Notes: generated from the letters alone by a model not told the origin. DNA of 64,000 nucleotides from an uncultured bacterium (GCA_963977015.1 CAXBMO010000016.1:32001-96000), one strand, 5' to 3'; positions 7,850-20,330 are shown, counted from the first letter of the stretch. A program made the numbers and translations.

Positions 7850-10465
7850 TTGAACCAGAGCTTTCCGAACAAAGACTACCACGTCCCGATGTCGATTCAC
7901 CCTTCTTCGAAAACAGCCCCGTTTCGGGATCAAATGCGCTTCTCGAAGCCGTGGCGTTCCTACCAGGCCCGCGTGCTGGAGAAGCTGCCGGTTTTTCTCA
8001 AGGACCGGCATTTTCACCTGGTGGCGGCCCCGGGTTCCGGAAAGACCGTGATCGGGCTGGAGATTGTTCGCCAGCTTTCCCTGCCGACCCTGGTCCTGGC
8101 TCCGACGATCGCGATTCGGGAACAGTGGATCGATCGGCTGACGCGCGACTACACCCGAGACGAAACACCGGACTGGGTGTCGCGTGATCTTGCGGAACCC
8201 CGATTGCTGACGATCAGCACCTACCAATCTCTCAGCACCGAATTCCGAAATGGGGACGGTGGCGCAGAACTCATTGCCCGACTGCGGGATTCGGGCGTCT
8301 CCGTGCTCGTGGTCGACGAAGCGCATCATCTGCGCGCCGTCTGGTGGAAGTGCCTGACGACGATCAAAGATGCGCTGGCGAAGCCGACCGTCATCTCCCT
8401 GACCGCGACCCCGCCGATCGACGTTCCCCAGGCTGAGTGGAATCGTTATGCGGCTTTTTGCGGACAGGTCGACATGGAGGTCGGCGTCCCGGAACTGGTG
8501 GCGGAGGGGAACCTCTGCCCTCACCAGGACTACGTCTTGCTCAGCATCCCCGAAGGCGAGCATGTCGAGGAACTGCGTCGATTTCGCGTGGGTGTTTCCC
8601 AGCTCATTCTGGATCTTCAACTCGACATCGACCTGGCGGAAAAACTGGGGCGGACCTGTCCGGTGCAATGGATTGCGAATGAGGACAGTCGCGACTTTGT
8701 GCGGGAGCAGCAGGCCTTTTACCTGGCTCTGGCGATTTTTCTGCAAAAGGTCGGCGGCTACATCCCGACCTGCCTTCGTAAAACGCTCCATATCGATGGT
8801 GAAGAGTTGCCCGCCCAACTGGACCGAGACTGGACGACCGCCCTGCTTCAGGGGCTGCTGTTTGATTTCCGCGAGAGAATCCTCCTAACCAAAGGTGTTG
8901 ATCCAGACCTGGGGCAAAGACTGTCCGAACTCGAAAAGCAACTCCGGCATTTGGGAGCGATCGAGAAGCAGCGCGTCGTCCTCAGCAGCAACGAGGAGAA
9001 CGACAAACTCCTCCGGGAGTCCCCGGCCAAACTCCAGAGCATTGCCCAAATCATCGAGCATGAATTCGACGCCCAAAGCATCCTCATGCGCGCGGTCATC
9101 CTCACCGATCACATTCGGAAGGACGCCTTTCCGTCGCCGAGCACGTCCGGTCCCCCGCTCGTGAAACTTGGCGTTGTGCCGATCTTCGAACTGCTGCGGC
9201 GGATCCGTTTATCGGCCTTTCAACTCGGCGTCTTGTCGGGCAGCCTGATTGTCATCCCCAAAACGAGCGGCGAACGATTTCGCGCCATTGCCGACCAATC
9301 CGGAATCGCCCCGGAAAAGTTGACGCTGAAACCCTTGCCGCATGATCCCGGCTACGTGGAGGTGGTGATTCGCGACGCGGATCGTCAACGGGCCGTCTCT
9401 GCCGCGACGCAGCTGTTTCAAGACGGCGAGATCCACTGCCTGGTGGGAACGGCTTCGCTCCTCGGCGAAGGCTGGGACGCCCCTGCGGTGAACACCCTGA
9501 TCCTCGCCTCGGTCATTGGTTCCTTTGTGATGTCGAATCAGATGCGGGGACGAGCCATCCGTGCGGACGCGGCGGTTCCTGACAAAACCGCAAACATCTG
9601 GCACGTCGCCACGGTTCCTCCAGACTTTGGCGATGGCTCGTTTGAGCACGGTCGCGATTTCGCGAGACTTGCGCGCCGGTTTGAAGCCTTTCACGGGGTT
9701 GGATTTCATCTGGAGGAGGAAGGTCACGCCGTGATCGAGAATGGATGGCGTCGCCTCGGTTTCCGCTCCTCGATGAAGGCAGGCGAGCTTCAGGCGTTAA
9801 ACCATGAGATGTTTCGGCAGGCCGAGGACCGGGACAACATGCGTCACATCTGGAGTTCCGCGATCGCTCCAGCCAGGGATGGTCGCTTCCTTCGTCCCGT
9901 CCGGGTCTTGAATGCTCCCCCGCGAGTCGTCTCGAACCGGTTCATTGCACGAGTCGCCGGGAAATCAGAGAGCGGGCTCAGGTTTGGCCTTGCCGACTGG
10001 CTCGAGCGACGCCGGCTTCAACGCATCTCCCGCGCCATTTTTCTGGCCCTGCAGGACTGCGGGGAATTGCCGGGTCGATACCACGCCAGCCAGTTGAGAA
10101 TGATTTCCGGCAAGAAACGACGGACCATTTCCGCGCCGGATCTCGAACCCGAGCACCAGACGGTTTTCATCACTGCGCTGGGCGAGTTTTTCGACATCTT
10201 CTCAAACCCGCGTTACCTAATTGAGCAAGGCGGCCGGTGGTTCGCGGTTCCCACGGTCCTGGGAGCCAAGCGGGAGCACGTCGATCACTTTTCCAAACGC
10301 CTGCGAAGGGGACGATTCGGAACCCATACGATTCACTACGTTCACGGCGGAAGAGGCGAAGACCACCTGCTCGAAGCTCGCAAACAATCGCTGCTCCGCC
10401 ACTTCGATTTCAAGACCGAGACCAAGGTTCACTGGGAAGCCTCGGGCACGAAGCAACTGGGATAA
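7850..10465 (+). CDS. SF2 DEAD/DEAH-box helicase (ResIII-like)
   Basis: Q-motif RSYQ, Walker A APGSGKT, DEAH, TATP, GEGWD, motif VI QMRGRAIR. The start may be at ATG 7889. Confidence 0.88.
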   Translation: MNQSFPNKDYHVPMSIHPSSKTAPFRDQMRFSKPWRSYQARVLEKLPVFLKDRHFHLVAAPGSGKTVIGLEIVRQLSLPTLVLAPTIAIREQWIDRLTRDYTRDETPDWVSRDLAEPRLLTISTYQSLSTEFRNGDGGAELIARLRDSGVSVLVVDEAHHLRAVWWKCLTTIKDALAKPTVISLTATPPIDVPQAEWNRYAAFCGQVDMEVGVPELVAEGNLCPHQDYVLLSIPEGEHVEELRRFRVGVSQLILDLQLDIDLAEKLGRTCPVQWIANEDSRDFVREQQAFYLALAIFLQKVGGYIPTCLRKTLHIDGEELPAQLDRDWTTALLQGLLFDFRERILLTKGVDPDLGQRLSELEKQLRHLGAIEKQRVVLSSNEENDKLLRESPAKLQSIAQIIEHEFDAQSILMRAVILTDHIRKDAFPSPSTSGPPLVKLGVVPIFELLRRIRLSAFQLGVLSGSLIVIPKTSGERFRAIADQSGIAPEKLTLKPLPHDPGYVEVVIRDADRQRAVSAATQLFQDGEIHCLVGTASLLGEGWDAPAVNTLILASVIGSFVMSNQMRGRAIRADAAVPDKTANIWHVATVPPDFGDGSFEHGRDFARLARRFEAFHGVGFHLEEEGHAVIENGWRRLGFRSSMKAGELQALNHEMFRQAEDRDNMRHIWSSAIAPARDGRFLRPVRVLNAPPRVVSNRFIARVAGKSESGLRFGLADWLERRRLQRISRAIFLALQDCGELPGRYHASQLRMISGKKRRTISAPDLEPEHQTVFITALGEFFDIFSNPRYLIEQGGRWFAVPTVLGAKREHVDHFSKRLRRGRFGTHTIHYVHGGRGEDHLLEARKQSLLRHFDFKTETKVHWEASGTKQLG

Positions 10466-10484
10466 ACGTCAGGGTATGGACCTG

Positions 10485-13154
10485 TCAGTTGCCTGACTCA
10501 AGCTGCCTGGATAGCTCCGCCAAGGTCTCGTCCGTTTTCAGAAGATAGTCCTGCTGGGCGCGATAGGCTGCCGCGCGTTCATTCTTCGCCTCGACGTAGG
10601 CGGGATCCTCCTTTGCAGAATCCTGAGCGGCCTTCTTCAACTTCCTGATCGCCTCATCCGACACGAACAACTGAGGATAGGCGGTCTCGAGTTTGGCTTG
10701 GGCGGACTGCGCTTCATCGATGAGTTTCTGATAACCCGGATCGTCCTGGAACCGTTGGCGTAACCGCTCCAGCTCCGCCTTTTTGGTGTTGTCAGGCCAA
10801 TCGTCCACCTCCGGCTTCTGCGCGATGAGATACGCATCCAGCGCACGATTCGCACGATGGGTGGCAAAGAGCATTTCCTTGTAGACCGGATCGGTCTCGT
10901 GAAGCGTTTTGCGTTGGTCTGCGATCTGTTTGCGGAACTCTTTGTGAGACCAGTTGATCTCAGGAAAGAGCTCCTTGTTTCGCCGATCCAGTTCCTCAAC
11001 CCGAAGGTCCAAACTCCGATAGGTTTCGTCATTCTGATAGAGCCGTTCGTGAGCGTTGGTTCGTTGAATCTGGATCTGTTCCTCAAGCGATTTCTCGACC
11101 GGGAACTTTCCGATCGCGGCTTCGAGCCGCCCTCTTCCGGCAGTGGCCGCGTCACCCTTCTTCGCGACGGCCGCGAAGATCTGAAGGTTGTCGAACGAAG
11201 CCGCGTTTTCATCGACCTGAAGCGCAAAATATTGCCTTACCCGATCGACGATCGGGTGTTTCGCGTGGGCAACATGATCCGCATCCAAGTGAGCGATCAC
11301 CTCGTCGTCGAGAAACTCAACGGTCATCGTGTACCATTGATCCGGTTCGAAAGCATAGGCACATTCCCCATGGCGATAGGAAAAATAGGGCACCGAACGA
11401 TCGATCGCCGTCTGGATATAAAAGTGATCCGGGCGAAGATGAATCACGGCGTTGTATCCACCACCGCTGCCGGTCATCAATCGAACGTCGTTTGCCTGAC
11501 CAAGCCGAAAATCGAATCGAATCACCACGTTCTTGTATTCGGCATCGCGCAGAAAGATCCGGGTATTCTCGCCGTTGCCGGGAAGGCGTTGCAAAATGCC
11601 CTCTTCGGCGACCCAATCCTTCGTGTACCAGAGCCGCTCACTCACCAGCCCAGGTTTGAAGTGGTCGCCAAAGTAGAGGCTGCGCGTTTCGGTGAGGAGC
11701 GGGGCTGAAGGCGTTCGGGCTCCGACCGTTTTTCGCCAGGTTCGGAGTTTTTCCCTGAGGTCCGCCGCGACTGCGGGCATTTCACGAACCAGATTCCTCG
11801 TTTCCGACGGATCCGCGCCCAACGAAAACAACTCCTCCTCACCCGTGTCGAAATTCTCGATCAACTTCCAGTCGCCGGCTCGAATGGCGCCTCCGGAGAT
11901 TCCGCCAAGGAAATGAGGCCGATCGAGTGGATAATGCCAGGCGAGAAACTCGCGTTCCAAGCCGGCGTCCGGATCTTCCCAGGTTTGCAACGTCGAAACG
12001 CCATCGAGAATCTGCCTGGGATCCGGCTCAATCCCAGCGGCCTCGAGCAGGGTCGGATAAATGTCCGTGTTCATCGTGGGGACTTCCGACACCACTCCGC
12101 CGGGGATTCGTTTCGGCCAACGGACAATCAGCGGCACCCGAAGGCCACCCTCATACAGTTGGCTTTTGCCACCACGCAACGGCGCGTTCGAAGTCACATT
12201 GGTCTCCCCACCATTGTCGCTCGAGAAAATGAGGATCGTGTTTTCCGTGAGTCCCAGTTCTTCCAGCTTCGCCGAGATTTCCCCCACCCCTTCGTCGATC
12301 GACTCCACCATCGCCGCCAAATGCGGGTTGTGGTGCGTCGCCCAGTGATTCCCGGGATCGCCTTTTCCCAATCCCGCGTCTTCACAAAGATAACAATTCG
12401 ATCGCCCAGATTCCCCCGGCGCATGCTTCTTCCGGTACTTATCAACGAGATCCGGTCGTCCATTGAGGATCGAGTGGGGCGCGAAATGGCTTATGTAAAG
12501 AAAGAAGGGCTGATCCTGATTCCGCTCGATGAACTCCACCGCCTCCAGATTGAGTCGATCGGTCAGGTATTCCTCTTCCCCCAGCCGGTTCTCCGGGAGA
12601 TCAATCCAGCGGATCGGTTGATCGCGAAACACATAGGGCCAGGTGTTGGCACCGTTTCCAACTCCCTTGACCTCGCTCCCCGTATTCCAATCAAAACCAT
12701 GATCGCTGGGGCGAACTTCAAATTCGGCCTCATGATGTCGGTATCCTGTCAGATGCCATTTGCCGACCATTCCGGTCGCGTAACCATTCTGTCGCAACCA
12801 TTCCGGAAGCGTCGTGTGAGCCGGCGAAAGCGCGTTTGCCGAATTCGGTCGCAGGTAATCCGTGATTCCGATCCGCGCCGGAACCTGACCCGTCAACAAC
12901 GCCGCGCGATAGGGCGAACAGACCGGGGCCGCCGCATAAGCCTGGGTCGATCGCATCCCCTCTTTCGCCAACTGATCGAGATGCGGAGTCTCGTTAAACG
13001 TATTTCCATAGCATCCCAACTCCGCCCAACCGAGATCATCGGCGACGACGAAGATGATGTTGGGGCTTCGATCTTCGGCATGGGTTGCCACCTGCAAAAA
13101 CCATGTTGCCGCCACCAGGCAGATCAAAGTTCGGAGAAGGATTTGGGGTTTCAT
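10485..13154 (-). CDS. Sulfatase (formylglycine-dependent) with long C-terminal extension
   Basis: Signal peptide; PNIIFVVADDLG, CSPYRA (CxPxR), GKWHL, SDNGG and YEGGLRVP motifs. Confidence 0.92.
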   Translation of the reverse strand: MKPQILLRTLICLVAATWFLQVATHAEDRSPNIIFVVADDLGWAELGCYGNTFNETPHLDQLAKEGMRSTQAYAAAPVCSPYRAALLTGQVPARIGITDYLRPNSANALSPAHTTLPEWLRQNGYATGMVGKWHLTGYRHHEAEFEVRPSDHGFDWNTGSEVKGVGNGANTWPYVFRDQPIRWIDLPENRLGEEEYLTDRLNLEAVEFIERNQDQPFFLYISHFAPHSILNGRPDLVDKYRKKHAPGESGRSNCYLCEDAGLGKGDPGNHWATHHNPHLAAMVESIDEGVGEISAKLEELGLTENTILIFSSDNGGETNVTSNAPLRGGKSQLYEGGLRVPLIVRWPKRIPGGVVSEVPTMNTDIYPTLLEAAGIEPDPRQILDGVSTLQTWEDPDAGLEREFLAWHYPLDRPHFLGGISGGAIRAGDWKLIENFDTGEEELFSLGADPSETRNLVREMPAVAADLREKLRTWRKTVGARTPSAPLLTETRSLYFGDHFKPGLVSERLWYTKDWVAEEGILQRLPGNGENTRIFLRDAEYKNVVIRFDFRLGQANDVRLMTGSGGGYNAVIHLRPDHFYIQTAIDRSVPYFSYRHGECAYAFEPDQWYTMTVEFLDDEVIAHLDADHVAHAKHPIVDRVRQYFALQVDENAASFDNLQIFAAVAKKGDAATAGRGRLEAAIGKFPVEKSLEEQIQIQRTNAHERLYQNDETYRSLDLRVEELDRRNKELFPEINWSHKEFRKQIADQRKTLHETDPVYKEMLFATHRANRALDAYLIAQKPEVDDWPDNTKKAELERLRQRFQDDPGYQKLIDEAQSAQAKLETAYPQLFVSDEAIRKLKKAAQDSAKEDPAYVEAKNERAAAYRAQQDYLLKTDETLAELSRQLESGN

Positions 13155-13335
13155 CGTTGAACCTCTCTCACCGTAGCTCCCGAACAAGTCCTTGAGACGA
13201 TCAATTTTTGATCACCAGTTCGACGAAGGAGCTGGAATGGGTGCGGCTTGATGGCTTTTTCGCCACGTGGAACGCGATAACTCTGCGGGCAGCCTCAGAC
13301 TAGGCTACGGTCCCACGCGTTCTCAGCCCAAATCC

Positions 13336-15879
13336 ATGCCCAGCCTCAGTTCCTCGACCCTTTCCGATCCGTCTTCGAATGATGAAATCCTCGATGCCTT
13401 TCTCAACTACCTCATTGAGATGGGGGTCGAGCCCTACGATCACCAGGAAGAAGCGATTCTGGAGTTGTTTGCCAACAAGAACGTGATCCTCAACACGCCA
13501 ACCGGTTCCGGAAAATCCCTCGTCGCGCTGGCGTTGCAGTTTCGGGCAATTTGTCAGGGTCGGCGATCGTTCTACACCGTTCCGGTGAAGGCGTTGGCGA
13601 ATGAGAAGTTTCTGTCCTTGTGCAAGACCTTTGGTCCGGATCACGTCGGGATGATCACGGGCGACGCAACCGTGAATGCGCAGGCGCCCGTGATTTGTTG
13701 CACCGCCGAGATCCTCGCCAACCTGGCCCTGCGCGAGGGTGAGGCCGCCGACGTCGATGAAGTGATCATGGACGAGTTTCACTACTACTCCGATGTCGAA
13801 CGCGGCGTGTCCTGGCAAGTCCCGTTGTTGACGTTGCCGCGCGCAAGGTTCCTGCTCATGTCCGCGACTCTCGGCGAAACCACGTTTTTTGAGAAGGCGA
13901 TTTCCGACCTCACCGGCGCACCAACGGTCCTGGTGAAGTCCGATCAGCGGCCGGTGCCACTGGAGTTCGAATACAGCACCACGGCGCTCGAGGAAAAAGT
14001 CGAGGAACTGGTCGAAGCCGAGCGCGCCCCGATCTATCTGGTCCACTTTACCCAACGCGCCTGTGCCGAAACGGCGCAGAATCTGATGAGCCGCAATTTC
14101 TGCAGCAAGGAGGAAAAGCGAGCCATTGGAGAGGCGTTGATTGATTCGGACTTTCGCAGTCCCTATGGCAAAGAGATGAAGAAGCTGCTCCGCCACGGGC
14201 TGGGGATTCATCACGCCGGCCTGCTGCCGAAATATCGGGTCACGGTCGAGAAATTGGCCCAGTTGGGTTTGTTAAAAGTGATTTGCGGCACCGACACGCT
14301 GGGAGTCGGCGTCAATGTCCCGATCCGCACCGTCCTCTTCACCCGGTTGTTCAAGTATGGCGGGCAATCGACCAAGACCCTGGCGGTCCGCGACTTTCGC
14401 CAAATCAGTGGACGCGCGGGCCGACGCGGGTTTGACGACATCGGCTACGTCGTCGCGCAAGCGCCTCCCCACGTCATCGACAATCTCAAGGCGACGAAAA
14501 AGGCGGAGGCCAAGGGGAAGAAGAGCAAAGCGGTCATGAAAAAGCCGCCGGAACGCGGTTTCGTGATGTGGGATGAGAACACCTTCAACCGGTTGATCGG
14601 TGCGCGCTCGGAAATGCTCAGTTCCAGCTTCCATATCCGCCACGGAATGTTACTCAACGTCCTGAGCCGGGAAGACCAGGACGGTTGCGCCGAACTTCGT
14701 CGCTTGATCAATCTGAGCCACGAAACGCCCCCCAAAAAGAAAGCCTTGCGTCGGCGAGCCTTTTCCCTCTTCCGAGGTTTGGTCGAGGGCGGCATCCTCA
14801 CGATCATCCCCAAAGCCGAGCGAACCGGCCCGGCCAAAGTGGCCCTCAACGTCGATCTCCAGGAAGACTTCACCTTGAACCAGGCTTTGGGAGTTTATCT
14901 GCTGGAAGCGATCCAGGAACTCGATCGCGAAGAGGTCGAGTATCCGATCAATGTGATCTCGTTGGTGGAGGCGATTCTGGAAGATCCGACAGCGGTGCTT
15001 CGCAAACAGGTCGACAAGGCAAAGGACGAGCTGATGGCCGAAATGAAGGCCGAGGGCATTGAGTATGAGGAGCGCATGGAACGGCTGGAGGAAGTGGAGC
15101 ATCCCAAGCCGGGCAAGGAATTCATCTACGCAACCTACAACGCCTTTGTCGTGGAACATCCGTGGGCGAAGGAAGCCTCGGTGAAGCCAAAGTCGATCGC
15201 GCGCGAGATGTTCATCGAATGGCAGTCGTTCGAAGACTACATCAAGGTGTACAAGCTCGAACGCAGCGAAGCCGTCTTGCTCCGCCATTTGTCGGAAGTC
15301 TACAAAGTGATCGCGCAAACCGTACCGCCAGCGATGAAAACGCCGGAACTGGTGGAGGCGGAAGCGTTCTTCGAAGACATGGTTCGCGGAGTCGACTCGA
15401 GCCTGCTCGATGAATGGGAACGGCTCCGCAATCCGGACTTCGTCCCGCAGTCGCAGAAACCGACCAAGGAGAGGGAAAAGAAAGCCGTTCCCATCACGCG
15501 AAGCCCCACTGCGTTCACCCGAGCGGTTCGGAATCGGGTCTTCGACGTGGTGAAAGAGCTGTCGCGAAAAAACTTCGAAGCGGCTTTCGAAAGAGCGGGC
15601 GACGCAGGCGATTGGACCGTCGCTCAGTTGATCGAAACGATGAACGGCTACCACGAAGACCACGGGGCGATTCGGCTCGATCCCGAAGCGCGGAATACGA
15701 AGCACTGCTTCATCAGCGAAATCCCCGGCAAGCGCGAATGGCGAATCGAACAGGTGCTCGTCGATCAGGAGGACCTGAACGACTGGAGTATCGTCTTCGA
15801 AATCGATTTGGACAAAAGCGACGCGGCAGGAGAGGTGGTGATGTCCTTGGTTAAACTTGGACTGGTGGCGGGAGAGTGA
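13336..15879 (+). CDS. Ski2/HelY-like DEAD/DEAH RNA helicase with DUF3516-type C-terminus
   Basis: [32 protein letters not shown] and [10 protein letters not shown] motifs. Confidence 0.9.
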   Translation: MPSLSSSTLSDPSSNDEILDAFLNYLIEMGVEPYDHQEEAILELFANKNVILNTPTGSGKSLVALALQFRAICQGRRSFYTVPVKALANEKFLSLCKTFGPDHVGMITGDATVNAQAPVICCTAEILANLALREGEAADVDEVIMDEFHYYSDVERGVSWQVPLLTLPRARFLLMSATLGETTFFEKAISDLTGAPTVLVKSDQRPVPLEFEYSTTALEEKVEELVEAERAPIYLVHFTQRACAETAQNLMSRNFCSKEEKRAIGEALIDSDFRSPYGKEMKKLLRHGLGIHHAGLLPKYRVTVEKLAQLGLLKVICGTDTLGVGVNVPIRTVLFTRLFKYGGQSTKTLAVRDFRQISGRAGRRGFDDIGYVVAQAPPHVIDNLKATKKAEAKGKKSKAVMKKPPERGFVMWDENTFNRLIGARSEMLSSSFHIRHGMLLNVLSREDQDGCAELRRLINLSHETPPKKKALRRRAFSLFRGLVEGGILTIIPKAERTGPAKVALNVDLQEDFTLNQALGVYLLEAIQELDREEVEYPINVISLVEAILEDPTAVLRKQVDKAKDELMAEMKAEGIEYEERMERLEEVEHPKPGKEFIYATYNAFVVEHPWAKEASVKPKSIAREMFIEWQSFEDYIKVYKLERSEAVLLRHLSEVYKVIAQTVPPAMKTPELVEAEAFFEDMVRGVDSSLLDEWERLRNPDFVPQSQKPTKEREKKAVPITRSPTAFTRAVRNRVFDVVKELSRKNFEAAFERAGDAGDWTVAQLIETMNGYHEDHGAIRLDPEARNTKHCFISEIPGKREWRIEQVLVDQEDLNDWSIVFEIDLDKSDAAGEVVMSLVKLGLVAGE

Positions 15880-16306
15880 AGTCTCCACCGTTGAATCTTG
15901 TGGAGAACTCGTCCGTCGCGAACTCTCCGCTATCGCCCAAGCCGATGGCGAACGTCCCCCCGGCACCGATGCCAGGCGACATACCGCGATTTATCCCGCT
16001 CACGGCGACGGCTCCCTTTGTGAGAACCTCGCCCGCGCCATCTTCGGGTACCTGCCGGAATTGGCGGAGGCTCACTATCGTTTCACCCGCGCCCTGGAAA
16101 CCGATCCCCGCTCCGCCTTCGACGCCATCGTCGCCTCCCATCCCGGTGCCAAGGAGTTCCTCGATGCGTTTGTCGGGATCGCGAGCGGCCAGGTAGCAGA
16201 ATTTGCTAAAAATTCCGACCTCGCAGCCCATCCGTCGGAAGATTTTGCATCTTCCGCTACGGCGACGACGGCAAACGTGGTGTCGTGGACCTTTTCCCGA
16301 AGCTAA
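15857..16306 (+). CDS. Hypothetical protein (start uncertain, may be a fragment)
   Basis: Codon usage and composition resemble neighbouring genes; no recognisable motif. Confidence 0.4.
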   Translation: MDWWRESEVSTVESCGELVRRELSAIAQADGERPPGTDARRHTAIYPAHGDGSLCENLARAIFGYLPELAEAHYRFTRALETDPRSAFDAIVASHPGAKEFLDAFVGIASGQVAEFAKNSDLAAHPSEDFASSATATTANVVSWTFSRS

Positions 16307-16404
16307 TCGAGCGGCGGCACGACGCGGTTGAGTTGATCGAACTAGGCCAAATCCCGGGAGTGCGCTTATCTTCCAACGTGACGACGAGTCTTCTTCAGCT
16401 TGAT

Positions 16405-19011
16405 TCACGGCTTGGCCGTCGCCACCATCCCATCGCGCTCGACCTTGCGATATAGGAAGGCGTCGGAGGTCACGAGCGAAGTGATCAGCGCCTTCATGCT
16501 TCCACCGCTTTCGCGATAGGAGCGCCAGGCTTCCTGGAGAACCGGGGCATCGTTGAGAGTCTCGTTGCGGCCCATCCAGAAGCGGAAGGCGTGACGCACG
16601 AAGACCTGCTCGACGCGTTCGCTCTCCGAAAGCTTGAGGATCATTTCGAGGGCGTTCTCCACCGGACCATCCAACGCGGGATCGCCGGAATTGATGATTT
16701 CGCCGCTGGTATCGACGGGCTGATCCAGTTCGGTGGTCCGGAACAGCCCAGCGTGGTTGTACATCTCGAACGGCAAGCCCAGGGGATCCATCTTCTGATG
16801 GCAGGTCCAACAGTATTTCTCCTGGGTGACGCGCATCCGGTGGCGCAGCGTCGTTCCGGGTTCGTCCGGCAACATGGCATCCACGGTGATGGGCACATCC
16901 GGAATGCCGCCGCCCAACAAACGCGTCCGAATCCAGATTCCCCGATGGATGGCATGGTTGTCCATCGCGTCCGAATGGGAAACGAGCCAGCTGGGATGCG
17001 TCAGGATCCCAAGGCGCTGGCCCTCCGGCGCGGTGGCCAGCGTTCGCTCCGGCTTCATCGAACCATTACCAAACGAACGACGGCTGACCCTCGCGTAGAT
17101 CCGCTCCCCAGGCAACGCTACCTCGGCCACGTTGACATTGATGGTGCTTCGCTTCCTTTTCTTGTCTTGTTCAAGCTTCGCTTTTTGGGTTGTCAGGGCT
17201 TTCTTTTTTCGCTCCAGGGACTTTTTCGTCTTCGGCTCCAAGGCACCGTCCTCCAATTCGGCATTCACGCTGGCAAGGTCCGATTCCACGGCCTTGAGCT
17301 CAGCTTCGATCGTCAACTTCAGGGCTTCGTCTTCGGCCTTTTTCGCGGCGGTAGCTGCCCGGCGCTCTTCCGGGGTGTGTTTCCGGCCAAAGTAGGTTTT
17401 GTCGGAATTGGTCACCACGACCTTCTGGGTGGTGAGCAGCTCTTTGAGAACCTCCTTGTCTTCCTCGAGGATCAATTCAATCAGGCGATCCGTGCTCGCG
17501 GCGGCGTCGAACATGGAGCGGTAATGGGCATTTCCCACGGGGGCGCCGGTAGCCGTCTGCGCCTTGCTATCCTTACAAATGTATCCGGCCAGGTCGTAAT
17601 CAAAGAAGTCGCGGAAGAAACGCAGAATGCGCGGTTTGCGAATGCTGTCGTCGGCCAGCATGCGGGTGACTTCCCGTTCCACGTCTTCCCGGGTACGCAT
17701 GCGACCCTCGGTGATCGCCTGGCGAAGTTCGTCGTCCGGTCTGATGTAGCGCAGGGCGTGGTTGACGGCGAGACCCAACTCCCAGTCCTGGAGCATGACG
17801 CGGCCGTGTTCGTCCGGCTCCCCGGTTTCGGCCAGCTCCGGCCGGAACAACGCATCGCGGTCCAGAAAGAGAGCGGAAAGCCCCATAAAGATCCCGTTTT
17901 CCTTCCCGACTTTCGCGATCGAATCGTTGACGATCTCCAGGTAGTCGGCGGATTCCTGCGCGGTGGGCGGGCGGAACGTCAGGGCTTCAAACAGGTAGTC
18001 AACGGCGGCGCGCAAATTCGCGTCCGTGACTTCGGGGGCCTGCATCAGGTCGTAGACCGGCGTCATCGGACGAACGACTTTGGTGTTGTAGACGATGGCA
18101 GTCGGCAGCCCGCGGAGGTCGCCCTTGGGCTTCACCTTGTCGTAGGTTTTGGGATCGTCCGTGATTTGTTCCGGCAGGCCGACGAGGCTCAACGGTCCGG
18201 AGGCCATGTATTGCAAAATGTCCTCCGCCTTCCCCAGGATCTGAGTCGCCTCGGAACTGTTGACGGTATAAAAGTCGGGGTAATTCTCGAACCCGTGCTT
18301 GCGCGCCGAGGACAGAACCACCGGCACACTTTTCACAGCGGTCGCGTAGGCCACCGTTCCACCCTCCCACCGGATGATCCGGTCGGTCCCAAAATAGAGC
18401 TTCAATTCCCCTCCGTGGTTGGTGGGGACGACGTCGCCATGCGTCCGGAGCCCCGGCTTTCCCGGATCGAATTCCGGTTCGGTGTTGATCAGCTCGTTGA
18501 GCCGCGTGATGTGTTCCTGAGGCGTGACGCGCCAGATCCGCGCGGGTGATGAAGCCGGAATCAGCTTCACGCCTTCAGGCAGGGGGCCGAAAAGCAGGTC
18601 GTGGCTGATGAAATTTCCTTTGTTGGGATCGAGGTGGGCGTAAAACCCTCCCTTGTCTTTCATCGCCGTTTGCAGCTCATCGACAACCCAATCGGTAAAC
18701 CGCAGCCGGTCGATGACTTCCGGCTGCTTTTTCTTCTTCGGCGGCATTTCCTCCAGGGCGACCTGAGCCCAGACCGCCTTCCAAAGCGCGGCGTTGGTCT
18801 CGTCGACCGCCCCCAGTTCAAGCAGATTGAGGTCGCCTTTCGTCGTAACGTCGTCGTGGCATTCGACGCAATGCCGATCCAGGAAATCCAGCGCGAAGTT
18901 GTCGAAATCACCGCCGATGGGCTCGCCGGGCGTGTAGGTATCAGCCGCCTGGAGGACCGTGCCGAGTCCGGCAACAACCGCCAGGAAGAGGACGGGGATC
19001 GCCTTGCTCAT
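16405..19011 (-). CDS. Planctomycete-type cytochrome c / DUF1592-DUF1588-DUF1585 family protein
   Basis: Signal peptide; CVECH and CWTCH heme motifs; [20 protein letters not shown] and C-terminal [11 protein letters not shown]. Confidence 0.88.
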   Translation of the reverse strand: MSKAIPVLFLAVVAGLGTVLQAADTYTPGEPIGGDFDNFALDFLDRHCVECHDDVTTKGDLNLLELGAVDETNAALWKAVWAQVALEEMPPKKKKQPEVIDRLRFTDWVVDELQTAMKDKGGFYAHLDPNKGNFISHDLLFGPLPEGVKLIPASSPARIWRVTPQEHITRLNELINTEPEFDPGKPGLRTHGDVVPTNHGGELKLYFGTDRIIRWEGGTVAYATAVKSVPVVLSSARKHGFENYPDFYTVNSSEATQILGKAEDILQYMASGPLSLVGLPEQITDDPKTYDKVKPKGDLRGLPTAIVYNTKVVRPMTPVYDLMQAPEVTDANLRAAVDYLFEALTFRPPTAQESADYLEIVNDSIAKVGKENGIFMGLSALFLDRDALFRPELAETGEPDEHGRVMLQDWELGLAVNHALRYIRPDDELRQAITEGRMRTREDVEREVTRMLADDSIRKPRILRFFRDFFDYDLAGYICKDSKAQTATGAPVGNAHYRSMFDAAASTDRLIELILEEDKEVLKELLTTQKVVVTNSDKTYFGRKHTPEERRAATAAKKAEDEALKLTIEAELKAVESDLASVNAELEDGALEPKTKKSLERKKKALTTQKAKLEQDKKRKRSTINVNVAEVALPGERIYARVSRRSFGNGSMKPERTLATAPEGQRLGILTHPSWLVSHSDAMDNHAIHRGIWIRTRLLGGGIPDVPITVDAMLPDEPGTTLRHRMRVTQEKYCWTCHQKMDPLGLPFEMYNHAGLFRTTELDQPVDTSGEIINSGDPALDGPVENALEMILKLSESERVEQVFVRHAFRFWMGRNETLNDAPVLQEAWRSYRESGGSMKALITSLVTSDAFLYRKVERDGMVATAKP

Positions 19012-20330
19012 ACCAGGAGCTCTTTGATCGGACCAATGCCGGAGTCGAATTTGGAGGCCATCTGCTCGCTCATGTTAAAGCGGTCACAGTGAACTCCGGC
19101 GGTATTGAGAATGGTCGAGTAAAGAGCGTTGATCGGGCGCTTGCCGTCCAGTTGGGTGAAACAACCGGACTTGAAGATGCCATCGCAATTGCCCAACAGC
19201 ATCACCGGCCAGTTGGCTCCATTGGTGTGCTGCTTATCGGCGTTGTTGCTGGTGTAGACGATCAGGGTGTTGTCCATCATGGTGCCACTGCCTTCCGGGA
19301 CGCTTTCCAGTTCCTCCATCAACCTCACCAACATGCGGCTGTTGTATTGGCGGATCTTGATCCAGATGGGATTGTCCTCCTGCTTCATGTGGCCCAGGTT
19401 GTGACCCTGTTGCTCCACGCCAATCCCTTTCCACGCGCCGAAAATCTCGCCACGGCCGGAACCAATCGTGAGCACACTGGTGATCCCGGATTTGAGGGCC
19501 GAAACCCCCAGATCGAGGAGGATGTCGTGCCAGTCGGTCTCGAATTCTGGGCTGGTGTAGCGATCGTCCACCTTGGGCGCAAAATTCCGCAGGTGATCCG
19601 AGACACTGCCGAGGCGTTCCCGCAGGCCGTTGATGTCGTTGAACCCCTGAACGTATTGACCGTAGCGTCGCTTATCCGTGGTCGGCAAAGCCCCACCCTT
19701 TGCCGCAGCCAACTGCTCGATGCGGTCGAACAGGCTGGACCTGGCCTCGTGCTGCTGGCGGATATCCCCCTTTGCAATGCCGCCGTAAAGCATCTCGTAA
19801 AGGTGATTCGGATTCGAGTGCATGAAAATGGGCTGTCCCGCACCGCTGGCCGACAGATTCGCGACCGTGGGTTTGCCTTTCATGTTCTCCAAAGAGTCCA
19901 TCCCGACGCAAAGGTGGGGAAGAAGCGTCTCGGGAAGCACCTTGCTCAATTCATAGTCAATCGTGGCTCCACTGGGCGGCACGCCATCGCTGCCACGGTA
20001 ACCGCCGAGCGCTCCGAAAAAGGCACTGTGCGACGGACTGGTGTGAACCCCGTGCAGGCCGTTGATAATGTGGAGGCGCTCCTTGTAGGCCTCCAAGGGC
20101 GCGATCGGCTCGGGCAACTTGACTCCGGCCAGCGATCCGCTGTTTTTCATTCCCGCGGGAACGCAGGTCGCCGGTTCAAACCCCTGATTCTGAAGGAAGA
20201 AAATGACCCGTTTCGGACCGCCACTCGTCGGGGTGGCGGCAGCTCGAAGGGAGCTGGGAAGCAGGGCGGAACTCAGTGCGGCACCAGCGCCAGCTGCGAT
20301 TCCTTGAAGCGTTTTTCGGCGATTGATCAT
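19008..20330 (-). CDS. DUF1552 family Tat-exported protein
   Basis: MINRRKTL twin-arginine leader; PKRVIFF and [15 protein letters not shown]; 4-bp overlap with the DUF1588 gene, the usual gene pairing. Confidence 0.85.
   Translation of the reverse strand: MINRRKTLQGIAAGAGAALSSALLPSSLRAAATPTSGGPKRVIFFLQNQGFEPATCVPAGMKNSGSLAGVKLPEPIAPLEAYKERLHIINGLHGVHTSPSHSAFFGALGGYRGSDGVPPSGATIDYELSKVLPETLLPHLCVGMDSLENMKGKPTVANLSASGAGQPIFMHSNPNHLYEMLYGGIAKGDIRQQHEARSSLFDRIEQLAAAKGGALPTTDKRRYGQYVQGFNDINGLRERLGSVSDHLRNFAPKVDDRYTSPEFETDWHDILLDLGVSALKSGITSVLTIGSGRGEIFGAWKGIGVEQQGHNLGHMKQEDNPIWIKIRQYNSRMLVRLMEELESVPEGSGTMMDNTLIVYTSNNADKQHTNGANWPVMLLGNCDGIFKSGCFTQLDGKRPINALYSTILNTAGVHCDRFNMSEQMASKFDSGIGPIKELLV

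Noticed and set aside
13199-13213. Palindrome GATCAA-TTT-TTGATC between the divergent sulfatase and helicase genes
   Set aside because: It is a single short inverted repeat with no second instance noticed, so it could be chance.
7850-15879. Two helicases as a restriction or anti-phage system
   Set aside because: No methylase, nuclease or other defence partner is adjacent, and they are separated by a sulfatase. Both look like stand-alone SF2 helicases.
15876-16196. ORF overlapping the helicase stop (GTGA)
   Set aside because: Its Pro/Ser-rich, off-frame-like composition is less protein-like than the 15857-16306 frame.
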